Positions 1 through 9,133 of a DNA stretch of 64,000 nucleotides are shown one piece after another (positions within the stretch are counted from its first letter, which is position 1; the number at the start of each line of letters is the position of its first letter). This stretch comes from a bacterium (GTDB lineage: Bacteria > Patescibacteriota > Microgenomatia > Daviesbacterales > UBA10151), in contig JAJYNW010000018.1 of NCBI GenBank assembly GCA_021786105.1, forward strand, positions 5,241 through 69,240, written 5' to 3'. The translations under genes and the position numbers were made by a program. The notes below the pieces were generated by a model. That model did no database searches and had not been told where the DNA came from. It saw only the letters and a program-made list of their open reading frames with translations.

Positions 1-165
1 CACGATAAACAGTTAAACTTACAGTATAGCTATCACCAGGATTAAGCGCTCCTTTAGGAGAAACATTAAAAATCACTGGCTCCTCAGCTGCAAAAACTTT
101 TGTAAAGGATGGCAAACTGAATAAAACTAATAACAACATCGTAAAAGGTAAATAAGCTTTCTTCA
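1..165 (-). CDS. Partial CDS (N-terminal fragment; gene runs off the window start): secreted hypothetical protein with signal peptide MKKAYLPFTMLLLVLFSLPSFTKVFA/AEEP
   Basis: Minus-strand ATG at 163-165 followed by a hydrophobic signal-peptide-like N-terminus; the frame stays open to position 1. Confidence 0.3.
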
Positions 166-228
166 TATTTACTATCTTAAACTCTTCAGCCTGGAACTTC
201 AATTTAAATAATTTAATTAGCTTGAAAG

Positions 229-257
229 GTTGCCACACCCCTTCGGGATCGCAATGA
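229..257. repeat. Truncated copy of the GTCATTGCGA...palindromic element family (compare the full 90-bp copy at 51422-51511)
   Basis: The reverse complement of 229-257 (gtcattgcgatcccgaaggggtgtggcaa) closely matches the 5' end of element 51422-51453 (gtcattgcgagagaccgaagggagcgtggcaa). Confidence 0.45.
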
Positions 258-267
258 CAAAAGGAAG

Positions 268-1191
268 TTAAAACCACCCTTTTTTCTCAGCAGATAAATT
301 TTTCAGTTCTTCGTAAAGCTGTTTTTCCTGTTTGGATGGGTTTTGCGGAACCTCCAGATTGACCCGGACATAGTGATCGCCGTGGCCGCTACTACCTAAA
401 CGGGGAACGCCTTTACCTTTTAATTTAACCAGCGATCCGGGCTGAGTACTCGGCGGCACCTTAACTTTAACCCGGCCCTGCACAGTATTAACTTCAAAGA
501 TATCTCCTAACACCAACTGCGGAATATTGACCGTAATCTCAGAAAAAATATCCGCCCCTTCCCGGATAAATTCCGGGTTTCTGGCCACATTAAAAACAAT
601 ATCCAAATCATCAAACCTCATTTTGGTACCGTTATCTACCCCGGCCGGCACTTTAATCTTCATTCTTTTTCTTTGGATCCTGCCATCCGGATTCCTGGAT
701 TCAATTTCCACTTCTTTAGTCACCCCATGAATAGCTTCATCAAAGCTCAAGCTTAACTGGTAAGTAGGACGTCTTCTAAATTGTTGGCCAAAAGGGGAGC
801 CGCCACCAAAAATTTGGGAAAATAATTCAAATGGGTCTTCAAACCCACCAAAATCCCCACCAAAAGGATTTCCGCCACTGGAAGACCAAGAATATGTTTG
901 CCAACCACCCCCGCCTCCAAATGGATTACCTCCTCCAAAAGGCCCACCCGCTCCGGCACCACCACGATCAAATGCCGCTTGGCCAAATTGATCATAAGCT
1001 CCCTTTTTCTGCGAGTCGGATAAAACTTGGTAAGCCTCAGAAATTTCTTTGAATTTTTCCGCTGCTCCGGCAGCTTTATCTATATCCGGGTGATGTTTCC
1101 GGGCCAATTTCCGGTAGGCAGACTTAATCTCCGCCTCCGAAGCGTTTTTAGTAATACCCAAAACTTCGTAGTAATCTCTTTTTGCAGCCAT
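268..1191 (-). CDS. dnaJ: DnaJ-class co-chaperone (J domain + Gly/Phe-rich region + C-terminal substrate-binding domains; no CxxCxGxG zinc finger, so type II/CbpA-like)
   Basis: N-terminus [31 protein letters not shown] (J domain with HPD), a long GGxxFGG G/F-rich linker, and a DnaJ_C-like C-terminus. It is the last gene of the hrcA-grpE-dnaK cluster. Confidence 0.85.
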   Translation of the reverse strand: MAAKRDYYEVLGITKNASEAEIKSAYRKLARKHHPDIDKAAGAAEKFKEISEAYQVLSDSQKKGAYDQFGQAAFDRGGAGAGGPFGGGNPFGGGGGWQTYSWSSSGGNPFGGDFGGFEDPFELFSQIFGGGSPFGQQFRRRPTYQLSLSFDEAIHGVTKEVEIESRNPDGRIQRKRMKIKVPAGVDNGTKMRFDDLDIVFNVARNPEFIREGADIFSEITVNIPQLVLGDIFEVNTVQGRVKVKVPPSTQPGSLVKLKGKGVPRLGSSGHGDHYVRVNLEVPQNPSKQEKQLYEELKNLSAEKKGWF

Positions 1192-1236
1192 AATTAATCT
1201 CCGGATTGTCTATTATACATTGTACATCTTATATTT

Positions 1237-1260
1237 AAAAAAGCCCCGGTCTCCCGAGGC
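1237..1260 (-). terminator. Rho-independent terminator/attenuator between orf89 and dnaJ (minus strand)
   Basis: Minus-strand RNA GCCUCGG-GAGA-CCGGGGC (7-bp stem with one G-U pair) followed by UUUUUU. It sits 30 nt downstream of the orf89 stop and about 45 nt upstream of the dnaJ start. Confidence 0.55.
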
Positions 1261-1289
1261 AAACATTCACTTCTTCATTCAAATTTCAT

Positions 1290-1559
1290 TTATCGTCTTC
1301 TGTTTTCTAAGTCCGCAACGACCTGCGCTAACTCAGCATAACCCTTGTTATTAATCTTTATTTGCTCGGGCGGGAGCGGTTTGTATGTTGTTCTTCGGAA
1401 CTCCTCTATAACGCTTGGTAAAACATCTCCAAGTCTGTGCGTCCTATTTGTTCTTTTCCCAAATTGTCTGAGCCGGATCTGGTCGTAAGTCCGATGGATA
1501 CACTCCTCAGGCTCTTCAGTAGCAATTCTTTCTTCCGGAGCAATCTCTCTAGTAATCAT
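1290..1559 (-). CDS. Hypothetical 89-aa protein encoded between dnaK and dnaJ
   Basis: The ORF is translationally coupled to dnaK (its start overlaps the dnaK stop at 1559). I could recognise no domain. Confidence 0.4.
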   Translation of the reverse strand: MITREIAPEERIATEEPEECIHRTYDQIRLRQFGKRTNRTHRLGDVLPSVIEEFRRTTYKPLPPEQIKINNKGYAELAQVVADLENRRR

Positions 1560-3475
1560 TATTTCTTCTCTTCTTCCACCACTTCTCCTTCAACCGCTTC
1601 TTCTTTTTTTGGTCCGGCTTCACCGGATTCGCCTTGAGTCTGTTCACCAGCTGGCTGCTCTCCGCCGGGCTGTCCCTGACCTGGTTGCTGATACATAGCT
1701 GCCCCCACTTTTTGCAAAGTCTCTGACAAAACTTCCATCTTCGGTTTTAAATCTTCAGGCGAAGCGGTTTGGATCACACCTTTGAGGTCATTTAGCTTTT
1801 GTTCTACATCGGTCCTAACATCCGCAGAGATCTTATCGCCGGCATCTTTTAAAGTACGTTCTGCAGTAAATACTAAAGTATCAGCCTGATTCCGGATCTC
1901 TACTGCCTCTTTTTTCTTCTTATCTTCCTCAGCATGAGCTTCTGCCTCTTTAGTCATCTTTTCCACTTCTTCCTTGGATAGACCGGTGGAACCGGAAATA
2001 GTAATCTTTTGCTCTTTGCCAGTGGCTTTATCTTTGGCTGACACATTCAAAATCCCATTAGCATCAATATCAAAAGTCACCTCAATTTGCGGCACACCAC
2101 GGGGAGCTGGTGGAATCCCGTCTAAAGTAAACCTGCCCAAAGATTTATTATCTGCCGCCATTTCCCGCTCGCCTTGCAAAACATTAATTTCCACGGCCGG
2201 CTGGTTGTCAGCAGCAGTTGAAAAAACTTCTGATTTGGAAGTCGGGATGGTGGTATTTCTGGCAATCAACGCCGTTCTAACCCCGCCTAAAGTTTCAATA
2301 CCTAAAGTCAGGGGAGTCACATCCAATAGTAATACGTCTTTAACTTCCCCGCCTAATACTCCGCCCTGAATAGCTGCACCAACTGCCACCACTTCATCCG
2401 GGTTAATTCCTTTATGCGGTTCTTTACCGAAAAAGTCTTGGACGGCTTTTTGCACTGACGGCATCCGGGTCATTCCTCCCACCAATACCACCTCATTAAT
2501 TTGTTTGGCCTCTAGCTTGGCGTCTTTTGAAGCTGCTTTCACCGCCTCAAAGGATTTATCAATCAAAGGCTTAACCATCGCTTCCAGCTTGGCTCGGGAC
2601 AGCTTCGTTTCTAAATGTTTTGGTCCGGAAGAATCAGCAGTAATAAACGGTATGGAAATTTCTGCCTCCATTGAGGAAGAAAGCTCAATTTTGGCCTTTT
2701 CCGCCGCATCCCGCAGTCTTTGCAAAGCCTGCCGGTCACTCTTTAGATCAACCCCCTGCTCTTTTTTAAACTCTTCTACTAACCAATCGATAATAACTTG
2801 ATCAAAATCATCACCGCCCAGATGGGTATCGCCGTTAGTAGATTTGACTTCAATTACGCCGTCACCCAGTTCCAGAATAGAAATATCAAAAGTTCCGCCA
2901 CCCAAATCATAAACCGCAATAGTGTGAGCGTGGGATTTATCCAAACCATAAGCCAGTGCGGCTGCCGTTGGTTCATTAATAATTCTTTGAACATTTAATC
3001 CGGCAATTTCCCCGGCTTGCTTGGTAGCTTGTCTCTGAGCATCATCAAAATACGCCGGCACTGTAATCACTGCGTCGGTGACTTTTTCACCCAAGTAGGA
3101 TTCGGCATCAGCTTTTATCTTTCCTAAAATTTGGGCGGAAATTTCCTGTGGGGTGTATTCATGGCCTTCCACTTCCACTACCGCCATCCCTTCCCGGCCT
3201 TCTTTAATGGTATAAGGCAACCATTTCATATCCCTCTGCACTTCTGGATCAGTAAATTTGCGACCCATTAGCCTCTTGATAGAAAAAATGGTTTCTTTGG
3301 GATTAACAATTGCCTGTCTTTTGGCCACCCGCCCGACGATATTCTTAATCGGATTCACCACTGAAGGAATTGTATTTTCCCCCTCAGCTGAGTGGATAAC
3401 TTTGGGCTTGCCGCCCTCCATCACTGCCACACATGAATTAGTTGTACCTAAATCAATTCCTACAATTTTAGCCAT
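1559..3475 (-). CDS. dnaK: Molecular chaperone DnaK (Hsp70)
   Basis: Full-length Hsp70 signature: [16 protein letters not shown], and the acidic GGEQP...EEEKK tail. Confidence 0.97.
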   Translation of the reverse strand: MAKIVGIDLGTTNSCVAVMEGGKPKVIHSAEGENTIPSVVNPIKNIVGRVAKRQAIVNPKETIFSIKRLMGRKFTDPEVQRDMKWLPYTIKEGREGMAVVEVEGHEYTPQEISAQILGKIKADAESYLGEKVTDAVITVPAYFDDAQRQATKQAGEIAGLNVQRIINEPTAAALAYGLDKSHAHTIAVYDLGGGTFDISILELGDGVIEVKSTNGDTHLGGDDFDQVIIDWLVEEFKKEQGVDLKSDRQALQRLRDAAEKAKIELSSSMEAEISIPFITADSSGPKHLETKLSRAKLEAMVKPLIDKSFEAVKAASKDAKLEAKQINEVVLVGGMTRMPSVQKAVQDFFGKEPHKGINPDEVVAVGAAIQGGVLGGEVKDVLLLDVTPLTLGIETLGGVRTALIARNTTIPTSKSEVFSTAADNQPAVEINVLQGEREMAADNKSLGRFTLDGIPPAPRGVPQIEVTFDIDANGILNVSAKDKATGKEQKITISGSTGLSKEEVEKMTKEAEAHAEEDKKKKEAVEIRNQADTLVFTAERTLKDAGDKISADVRTDVEQKLNDLKGVIQTASPEDLKPKMEVLSETLQKVGAAMYQQPGQGQPGGEQPAGEQTQGESGEAGPKKEEAVEGEVVEEEKK

Positions 3476-3938
3476 TTGCTTGTTCCTTTCTACCTACCAC
3501 TACGGCTGCCGGCCTTAACACTTTACCGTTTAAAGTGTAGCCCTTGCGGACTACTTCTAATATTTTATTATCATCCCCCGCCCTTGTGTCAACAGCCTCC
3601 TGCAAAGCGGGATTAAATTCACCCTCAGCATCAACTTCTTCCAATCCCTCAGACTGCAATACCTGTTTCAGCTCTTTTACAGCCAGCTCCACTCCTCTAA
3701 ACCAACCCGATTGCCTATCAGCCTCACTTGCACCAACTAACGCTTGCGCCAGATGATCCAAAACAGGCAGAATCTTAACCAGCAGCTCTCCGGTACCCCA
3801 CTTGGTTAACTCTGACCGGCCTTCCGCCACTCTTTTTTCCAAATTATGGTAATCGGCTACCGCTCTTTTAAGTTGCGCATCGAGCTGATTAACCTTTTCT
3901 TCTAATTCTGTAACTTTGTTGTCTTGTTTCTTAGTCAT
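3468..3938 (-). CDS. grpE: Nucleotide exchange factor GrpE
   Basis: A coiled-coil N-terminus followed by a GrpE C-terminal domain, overlapping the dnaK start. Confidence 0.9.
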   Translation of the reverse strand: MTKKQDNKVTELEEKVNQLDAQLKRAVADYHNLEKRVAEGRSELTKWGTGELLVKILPVLDHLAQALVGASEADRQSGWFRGVELAVKELKQVLQSEGLEEVDAEGEFNPALQEAVDTRAGDDNKILEVVRKGYTLNGKVLRPAAVVVGRKEQANG

Positions 3939-3942
3939 AATT

Positions 3943-4671
3943 TTAGATTCTTATCGCTTCATTTAACAAATCTCTGACATATTTAACATAAGGCAGCACC
4001 AACGGAAAGTTCATCCGCGCCGGCCCGATAACCCCAATCACTCCGTCTTTGTTATTGCCTGCATTGTACTTTGTAAATACAAAGCCGGTCGGGCGAAGAT
4101 ATTCAAACTCCATATCTTCCCCAAACAATATATGGACTGGATCAGACCCGACTGCTCTACCAATTATTTCCTGCAGCCTGGGATTTTCATCAAAAAGTGA
4201 CAAAACATACCTGGCTACATCAATATCGTAAAATTCCGGCCAATCCAAAATATTAGCTGCCCCGGCATAGACGCTCCGACCTTCTTCATCAATTGCCAAT
4301 CCCAACATATCCAGCCGTTGAGCCAAAGCAGTCACTGCTTCTTTCAAAAGCCTTTCCTGCTTGTGCCTTTGAGCCATCATTTTATCTTTGATGGACACTT
4401 CAGCCGCCACCGGCAAGGTTTTTTCCTTCATCAGTTCAGCAATAAAAAACTTCATACCCATTGATGTCGGTGCCCGTCCGGCTGACGTGTGCGGTTGTCT
4501 CAAATAACCCATGTCGGTTAAGCGACCCATTTCAATCCGAATGGTGGCAGGGGAAACCCCCAAATTATGCTTTCTTTCGATCACTTCAGAACCCACCGGC
4601 TCCGCCGCTTCAATATATTCTTCTACGATTGCTTTTAAAAGTGCTTGTTGTCGATCCGTTAGATCTGCCAT
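3943..4671 (-). CDS. hrcA: Heat-inducible transcription repressor HrcA (compact 242-aa form)
   Basis: N-terminal wHTH (LTDRQQALLKAIVEEYIE..PVGSEVI) and a C-terminal GVIGVIGPARMNF motif. It is the first gene of the dnaK operon. Confidence 0.85.
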   Translation of the reverse strand: MADLTDRQQALLKAIVEEYIEAAEPVGSEVIERKHNLGVSPATIRIEMGRLTDMGYLRQPHTSAGRAPTSMGMKFFIAELMKEKTLPVAAEVSIKDKMMAQRHKQERLLKEAVTALAQRLDMLGLAIDEEGRSVYAGAANILDWPEFYDIDVARYVLSLFDENPRLQEIIGRAVGSDPVHILFGEDMEFEYLRPTGFVFTKYNAGNNKDGVIGVIGPARMNFPLVLPYVKYVRDLLNEAIRI

Positions 4672-4681
4672 ATGTTAAGAA

Positions 4682-4719
4682 CTAGCACTAACATATCATG
4701 ACTGCTAACTGTTGTCAAG
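4682..4719 (-). promoter_or_regulatory. hrcA promoter (-35 TTGACA, 17-nt spacer, -10 TATGTT) with an overlapping CIRCE-like operator
   Basis: Minus strand reads ccTTGACAacagTTAGCAGTCatgatatgtTAGTGCTAG. The inverted repeat TTAGCAgTC-N9-tAGTGCTAg matches the CIRCE consensus TTAGCACTC-N9-GAGTGCTAA at 15/18 positions. Confidence 0.6.
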
Positions 4720-4934
4720 GCCCGATTTAACTGAAGTTATTCCACCTTTATCACACAAGTTTACGCTTCAACCTTTAGGGTTGCGGGCTAAACTTATGGA
4801 TATATCAATTACCTGTACGATCGCACACTAAATTGTCATTTTTTATGACATTCTGTCATAGGTTTGGGCCATTTTGGATATGATATGATTAATTTATACA
4901 AAAAGGACAAACTTTAATTTTCCTTTTAGCAGGA

Positions 4935-5545
4935 GTGCTGGTTATTGCTGCAATTGCCGGAGCATTTTACTTGGGCAAATCAACCCTTCGCCAAAATTCC
5001 TCTGGGCAAGCTACCCCTACTTCTCCAACCCCAGTTACCACTCCAAAACCCCCACAACCAACTTTAGCTTCCAGTTCTAGCCCTGCACCAACTAATCCTG
5101 ATGAGTCTGCCAATTGGAAAACCTATACAAATGATATTTTTTCTTTTCAATATCCTAATAACTGGTATGTTAATAAATATTTAGGATCATCAAACTTTGC
5201 TTATTTTGTTCAGGTAAGTGACGTTGAGAGTTCATATACTTCTATTCAAGGTATGAGTGATACGCATACAGGATAGATATAGGTAACAATGCTAATCCTA
5301 TACCATCAAGCTTTCCTTATACTAATGACTCATCTACAAATAATACTATTAAACCATTTAACATAAATACATTAAGTGGAATAAGGGGACAAGAAACTAG
5401 CGAAGCAGGACTCATTGATGCTGTTTATTTACAAAATCCTAAAGGTGGATACGTTTTTTTACAATTAACTCTCCTTACTAATAATAAAGAAGCTTCAGAA
5501 GAAATATTTAATAAACTACTTTCCACCTTTAAATTTACCCAATAA
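4935..5545 (+). pseudogene. Membrane-anchored, Pro/Thr-rich secreted hypothetical protein interrupted by a frameshift near 5261-5276 (GTG start with AGGAG RBS)
   Basis: The frame-0 ORF 4935-5276 ends at TAG. The -1 frame is open from 5261 to 5545 with no start codon and continues the same protein (IDIGNNANP...FKFTQ). It is a paralogue of the 27911-28558 product (WKT..FQYP motif). Confidence 0.5.
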
Positions 5546-5546
5546 A

Positions 5547-5580
5547 TACAAAATATACAACGATCGTCGTATATTTTGTA
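5547..5580. terminator. Bidirectional hairpin between convergent genes (12-bp AT-rich stem TACAAAATATAC/GTATATTTTGTA, loop AACGATCGTC)
   Basis: A perfect 12-bp inverted repeat lies immediately after the + gene stop (5543-5545) and 46 bp from the MFS gene stop. The stem is AT-rich, so termination efficiency is uncertain. Confidence 0.4.
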
Positions 5581-5625
5581 TAAAGTTTAAGCTTACATCT
5601 CAGAGGTATAAAGCTAAATTCTGAT

Positions 5626-6849
5626 TTATTCATTAATCCGGTAATTACGGAATTTGGGACTAAGAAAAGCAATCACCGAAGTAATTAAGACTGTCCCCAT
5701 TCCGCCCAATACCACCGACACCGGCCCACCCACTAATGACGCCAAAAATCCAGCCTCAATATCCCCCAGCTGCGGCCCGCCCTGGAAGAAAATTCTCATG
5801 ATTGAGGACATTCTGCCACGTAAGTGGTCCGGGGTAATCATCTGTCTGATAGTATTTCTTATGGTGGCCGAAATCATGTCCCAAAAGCCTACCAAGGCCA
5901 AAAAAGTTATAGAAATAAAGAAATTTTTAGACAAACCAAACCCAATAGTAGATATTCCATAAAAAATCACTGCCAGAATAATTATTTTGCCCTGATTCCT
6001 GATATGGTTATGCAAAAAGGCAATCAATATTCCGGCCACCACGGCCCCAATAGCCGGGGCCGAATACAAGAATCCGAGTCCTTGCGGGCCTACATGCAAA
6101 ATATCCTGGGCAAATACTGGCATTAAAATCGTGGCTGTGCCAAAAAAAGTAGCCAAAAAGTCTAAAATCATGGTGGAATAAAGAATCGGAGTTGTCAAAA
6201 CAAAATGAAGACCGTGCCGGATTGAATCCAAATTAAACTCCACTTCAATGTTTGAAGTATTAACCGGAATTTTAATTGACAACAAACTAATGATAAAAAA
6301 CAAAAAAGACACCACATTAAACAGGTAAACCGCCTGCACTCCCCAACCACCAATTAGAAATCCTCCAATAGCCGGGCCAATCAAGGTAGCTGACTGGAAT
6401 TGTAGAGACTGCAAAGACACGGCATTCAAAAGAAAATGTTTTGGCACTAAATTAGGCAGCACAGCCTGTCTAGCCGGCAAAGAAAATGAAGAAGCAGTGG
6501 AATGAAACACCAGAATTAAATAAATCATCCAGGGATTAATCAGATGAAGAATAGTTAAAATAAATAAAGTCAAAGCCGCAATGGCCAAAGAGCTTTGACT
6601 GATCAGCAGCAATTTTCTTCTATTGAGCTTATCAGCAGCCAATCCGCCGATTAAAGAAAACACCAGTATTGGCAAAAAATTGGCAAGACCAATCAAGCCT
6701 AGAGAAGCGGGGTTACGAGTCAACTCGTATACCTGCCACGCCACACCCACTGTTTGCATTTGGTTGCCGATTTCGGAAATAAAAGATCCAGCCAAAAAAT
6801 TTCTAAAAGTTGGCACTTTAAGGGATTGAAGGGGTGAAATCTTCGTCAT
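5626..6849 (-). CDS. MFS transporter (EntS/MFS_3-like)
   Basis: 12-TM profile and an MFS N-terminus (FRNFLAGSFISEIGNQM..). I place the start at the internal ATG (MTKISP..., 6849) rather than the ORF-track start, which would overlap nadK. A TATTAT -10 box lies upstream. Confidence 0.8.
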   Translation of the reverse strand: MTKISPLQSLKVPTFRNFLAGSFISEIGNQMQTVGVAWQVYELTRNPASLGLIGLANFLPILVFSLIGGLAADKLNRRKLLLISQSSLAIAALTLFILTILHLINPWMIYLILVFHSTASSFSLPARQAVLPNLVPKHFLLNAVSLQSLQFQSATLIGPAIGGFLIGGWGVQAVYLFNVVSFLFFIISLLSIKIPVNTSNIEVEFNLDSIRHGLHFVLTTPILYSTMILDFLATFFGTATILMPVFAQDILHVGPQGLGFLYSAPAIGAVVAGILIAFLHNHIRNQGKIIILAVIFYGISTIGFGLSKNFFISITFLALVGFWDMISATIRNTIRQMITPDHLRGRMSSIMRIFFQGGPQLGDIEAGFLASLVGGPVSVVLGGMGTVLITSVIAFLSPKFRNYRINE

Positions 6850-6881
6850 ATGAATGTAATATTTTAGTATAAGGGTATAAT

Positions 6882-7631
6882 ATGCCCAGTTCAATGAAGA
6901 CATTGCTTGTTGGTAAAAATTCCAAAGATATCGCCGGGTTGGTCAAACAGCTTGGTTTTCAAATCGTCACAGAGCATCCCGACGTCATTATTAGCTACGG
7001 CGGAGACGGGACTTTGCTTTATGCAGAAAGAATGCACCCCGGAGCCCCTAAACTACCAATCAGGGATAGCTCTGTTTGTAAAAAATGCCCCCAACACGGC
7101 GAAAAAGTTTTGCTGGAAAAATTACTGGCTGGCAAGTTACAACTCAAAGAATATAGAAAACTGGAAACCACTATTTTATATCAGACATTTTATGCTTTAA
7201 ATGACTCTGTCATCCGCAATCTGCACCCTATGCACACAATCCGTTTTAAGGTGACGAGTTCAACGAGTCATCCCGGACTTGATCCGGGATCCATAAATAA
7301 TAAATTACTAATTGGGGATGGTATCGTAGTAGCTACTCCTTTTGGTTCCACCGGTTATTTTCATAGCATTACCAGGAAGTCTTTTGAACAAGGTTTTGGG
7401 GTGGCTTTTAATAATACTACGGAAAAAGTTGACCCGCTTTTTTTAAAGGACGAAGATGAAGTAACTTTCAAATTAATCAGAGGCAATGCTACCTTATCTT
7501 TTGACAATAATCCTGACTTATTTAATATTGATGCAGGTTCGGAGATTACTTTTAAATTATCAAACCAGGTGGCCAAAATTTACGAGCTGGAATCCCTTAG
7601 GTGTCCTGATTGCGAGGTTACAAGAGGTTAA
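6882..7631 (+). CDS. nadK: NAD+ kinase
   Basis: GGDGT and DGxxxxTPxGSTGY motifs. A TATAAT hexamer at 6876-6881 directly abuts the first ATG, so the true start may be the ATG at 6894 (MKTLLVGK). Confidence 0.85.
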   Translation: MPSSMKTLLVGKNSKDIAGLVKQLGFQIVTEHPDVIISYGGDGTLLYAERMHPGAPKLPIRDSSVCKKCPQHGEKVLLEKLLAGKLQLKEYRKLETTILYQTFYALNDSVIRNLHPMHTIRFKVTSSTSHPGLDPGSINNKLLIGDGIVVATPFGSTGYFHSITRKSFEQGFGVAFNNTTEKVDPLFLKDEDEVTFKLIRGNATLSFDNNPDLFNIDAGSEITFKLSNQVAKIYELESLRCPDCEVTRG

Positions 7632-8602
7632 TTTACCGTTGATTCTAAAAAGTTCAATTCTTTTTTAGCAGTATCAAAAGCAACTTTAATCCCCACCGGC
7701 ATGGGGATATTAACCGTAAAATGACCAAAATCCAAATTAGCCATAATGGGGAATTTATAATCTTTCAAAATATCCAAAACCATCTCCTTCAAGGTTGGTT
7801 CCACAATCTCTTTTTCCCTGGCAGGTTTAATGTAAGTTATTTTTCCAATCAATAGCCCGGAAATTTGCTCAAAAATCCCTAAATATTTTAGTTGTGTTAA
7901 ATACCTGGCAATATCATGTAAAGATTCCCCTACTTCTTCAAAATATAAAATAGCTCCTTTAAAAACTTCCTTAGGCGGAAAATATTCTGTTCCTGCAAGC
8001 TGACACATCAAGTGTAAGTTCCCCCCCACCAAAATCCCGTCGGCCTTCCCTTTTTGCCACTCTTCCCAGTCTGTTAAAGGACTGACGATGCTTGCCGGCT
8101 TTGCCTTAGTTAAAAATTTCATAAATACTTCTGTATCGAATTCTCCCAAATGTTCCTCTCTCTCGCTCCAGGGATGGCCCAATCCAAAGGTCACATCGTC
8201 CATATGAAATCCGACCAATCCTGTTTTGGCAAACAAAGCCAAATGGAAATTGGTCACATCACTCATACCAATAAAAGGTTTTGGGTTTTTGGTTATCAGT
8301 TTATAATCTAAATACTCCAAAACAGTGATCGCCGAATAACCGCCGGTTTGCGCCATAATAGCTTTTATATTTTTATCAGCAAACATGGAGTTGATATCCT
8401 CTGCCACTTCTTTGGGCGTCCCAGCTGTCCACCACCTGGCTTTCCCGATAGTTTTCCCCTCTCTAATCTTAAAGCCCAAATCAGTCAGGATCTTTTTCCC
8501 TCTTTCATAATTTTCTTGAAATGAAGGCAGAACCGGCAAAGACGAGGCTACAATGCCAATAGTATCTCCAATATTCAATTTTTTCGGTTTGATTATTTTC
8601 AT
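7628..8602 (-). CDS. LD-carboxypeptidase (peptidase S66, LdcA/MccF-like)
   Basis: S66 N-terminus LNIGDTIGIVASS and a conserved C-terminal catalytic region. Confidence 0.8.
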   Translation of the reverse strand: MKIIKPKKLNIGDTIGIVASSLPVLPSFQENYERGKKILTDLGFKIREGKTIGKARWWTAGTPKEVAEDINSMFADKNIKAIMAQTGGYSAITVLEYLDYKLITKNPKPFIGMSDVTNFHLALFAKTGLVGFHMDDVTFGLGHPWSEREEHLGEFDTEVFMKFLTKAKPASIVSPLTDWEEWQKGKADGILVGGNLHLMCQLAGTEYFPPKEVFKGAILYFEEVGESLHDIARYLTQLKYLGIFEQISGLLIGKITYIKPAREKEIVEPTLKEMVLDILKDYKFPIMANLDFGHFTVNIPMPVGIKVAFDTAKKELNFLESTVN

Positions 8603-8620
8603 AAAAACATTATATAAAAA

Positions 8621-9133
8621 TTAATGCTTCAAAGCCTTTTCAACCATTTCGTCTATTAAAGGGCTTTTTATTTTTATATACACTTCCCTATTCTCATTTG
8701 CTTTTTCAGCAGCAATTTTCTTGATCTCTGAATATTTTTTCACTTCTTCAGGATGTGTCCGTAAATAACCTCTGAAAACAATTACATTATCCCACTCTTG
8801 GCTTTCTTTGAAAGTCAAATGCACATGGTATATCCTAAGTTTTTTATTCTCGTCTTTCAATGATATTTTGTGGAATAATCGTTCAGCTGACCCACCTTTA
8901 GGACCAAATTCATAACCTATTTCTTGTATTTTTTTGGATACAGCCTTTAAGTTCTTTTTATTGGTAGCAATACAAATGTCGATTATGCCTTTACCGCCTA
9001 AACCCGGTACTGATGTACTGCCAATATGCTCAATTAAATCATTCTCCCCTAAAATTTTTCTGATTCGGTTTTTTTCTAATTCAAAAAGCTTTGGGAAGGC
9101 TGGATCATAAGGCTTAAAAATATATTTTTTCAT
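8621..9133 (-). CDS. GrpB-family (UPF0157) nucleotidyltransferase-like protein
   Basis: IEHIGSTSVPGLGGKGIIDI motif typical of GrpB. Confidence 0.7.
   Translation of the reverse strand: MKKYIFKPYDPAFPKLFELEKNRIRKILGENDLIEHIGSTSVPGLGGKGIIDICIATNKKNLKAVSKKIQEIGYEFGPKGGSAERLFHKISLKDENKKLRIYHVHLTFKESQEWDNVIVFRGYLRTHPEEVKKYSEIKKIAAEKANENREVYIKIKSPLIDEMVEKALKH

Noticed and set aside
1974-3518. Several + strand ORFs (1974..2369, 2505..2801, 2798..2998, 3258..3518)
   Set aside because: All are antisense within dnaK, which has an unambiguous Hsp70 translation.
4672-4934. tRNA or small RNA in the 263-bp hrcA upstream region
   Set aside because: No cloverleaf or T-loop (GGTTCGA-like) motif was seen. 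The region is explained by the divergent promoters plus CIRCE. The small TGTCAT-TTTT-ATGACA hairpins were noted but not interpreted.
6907-7200. 97-aa + ORF in an alternative frame of nadK
   Set aside because: It overlaps the NAD kinase frame, which carries the diagnostic GGDGT motif.
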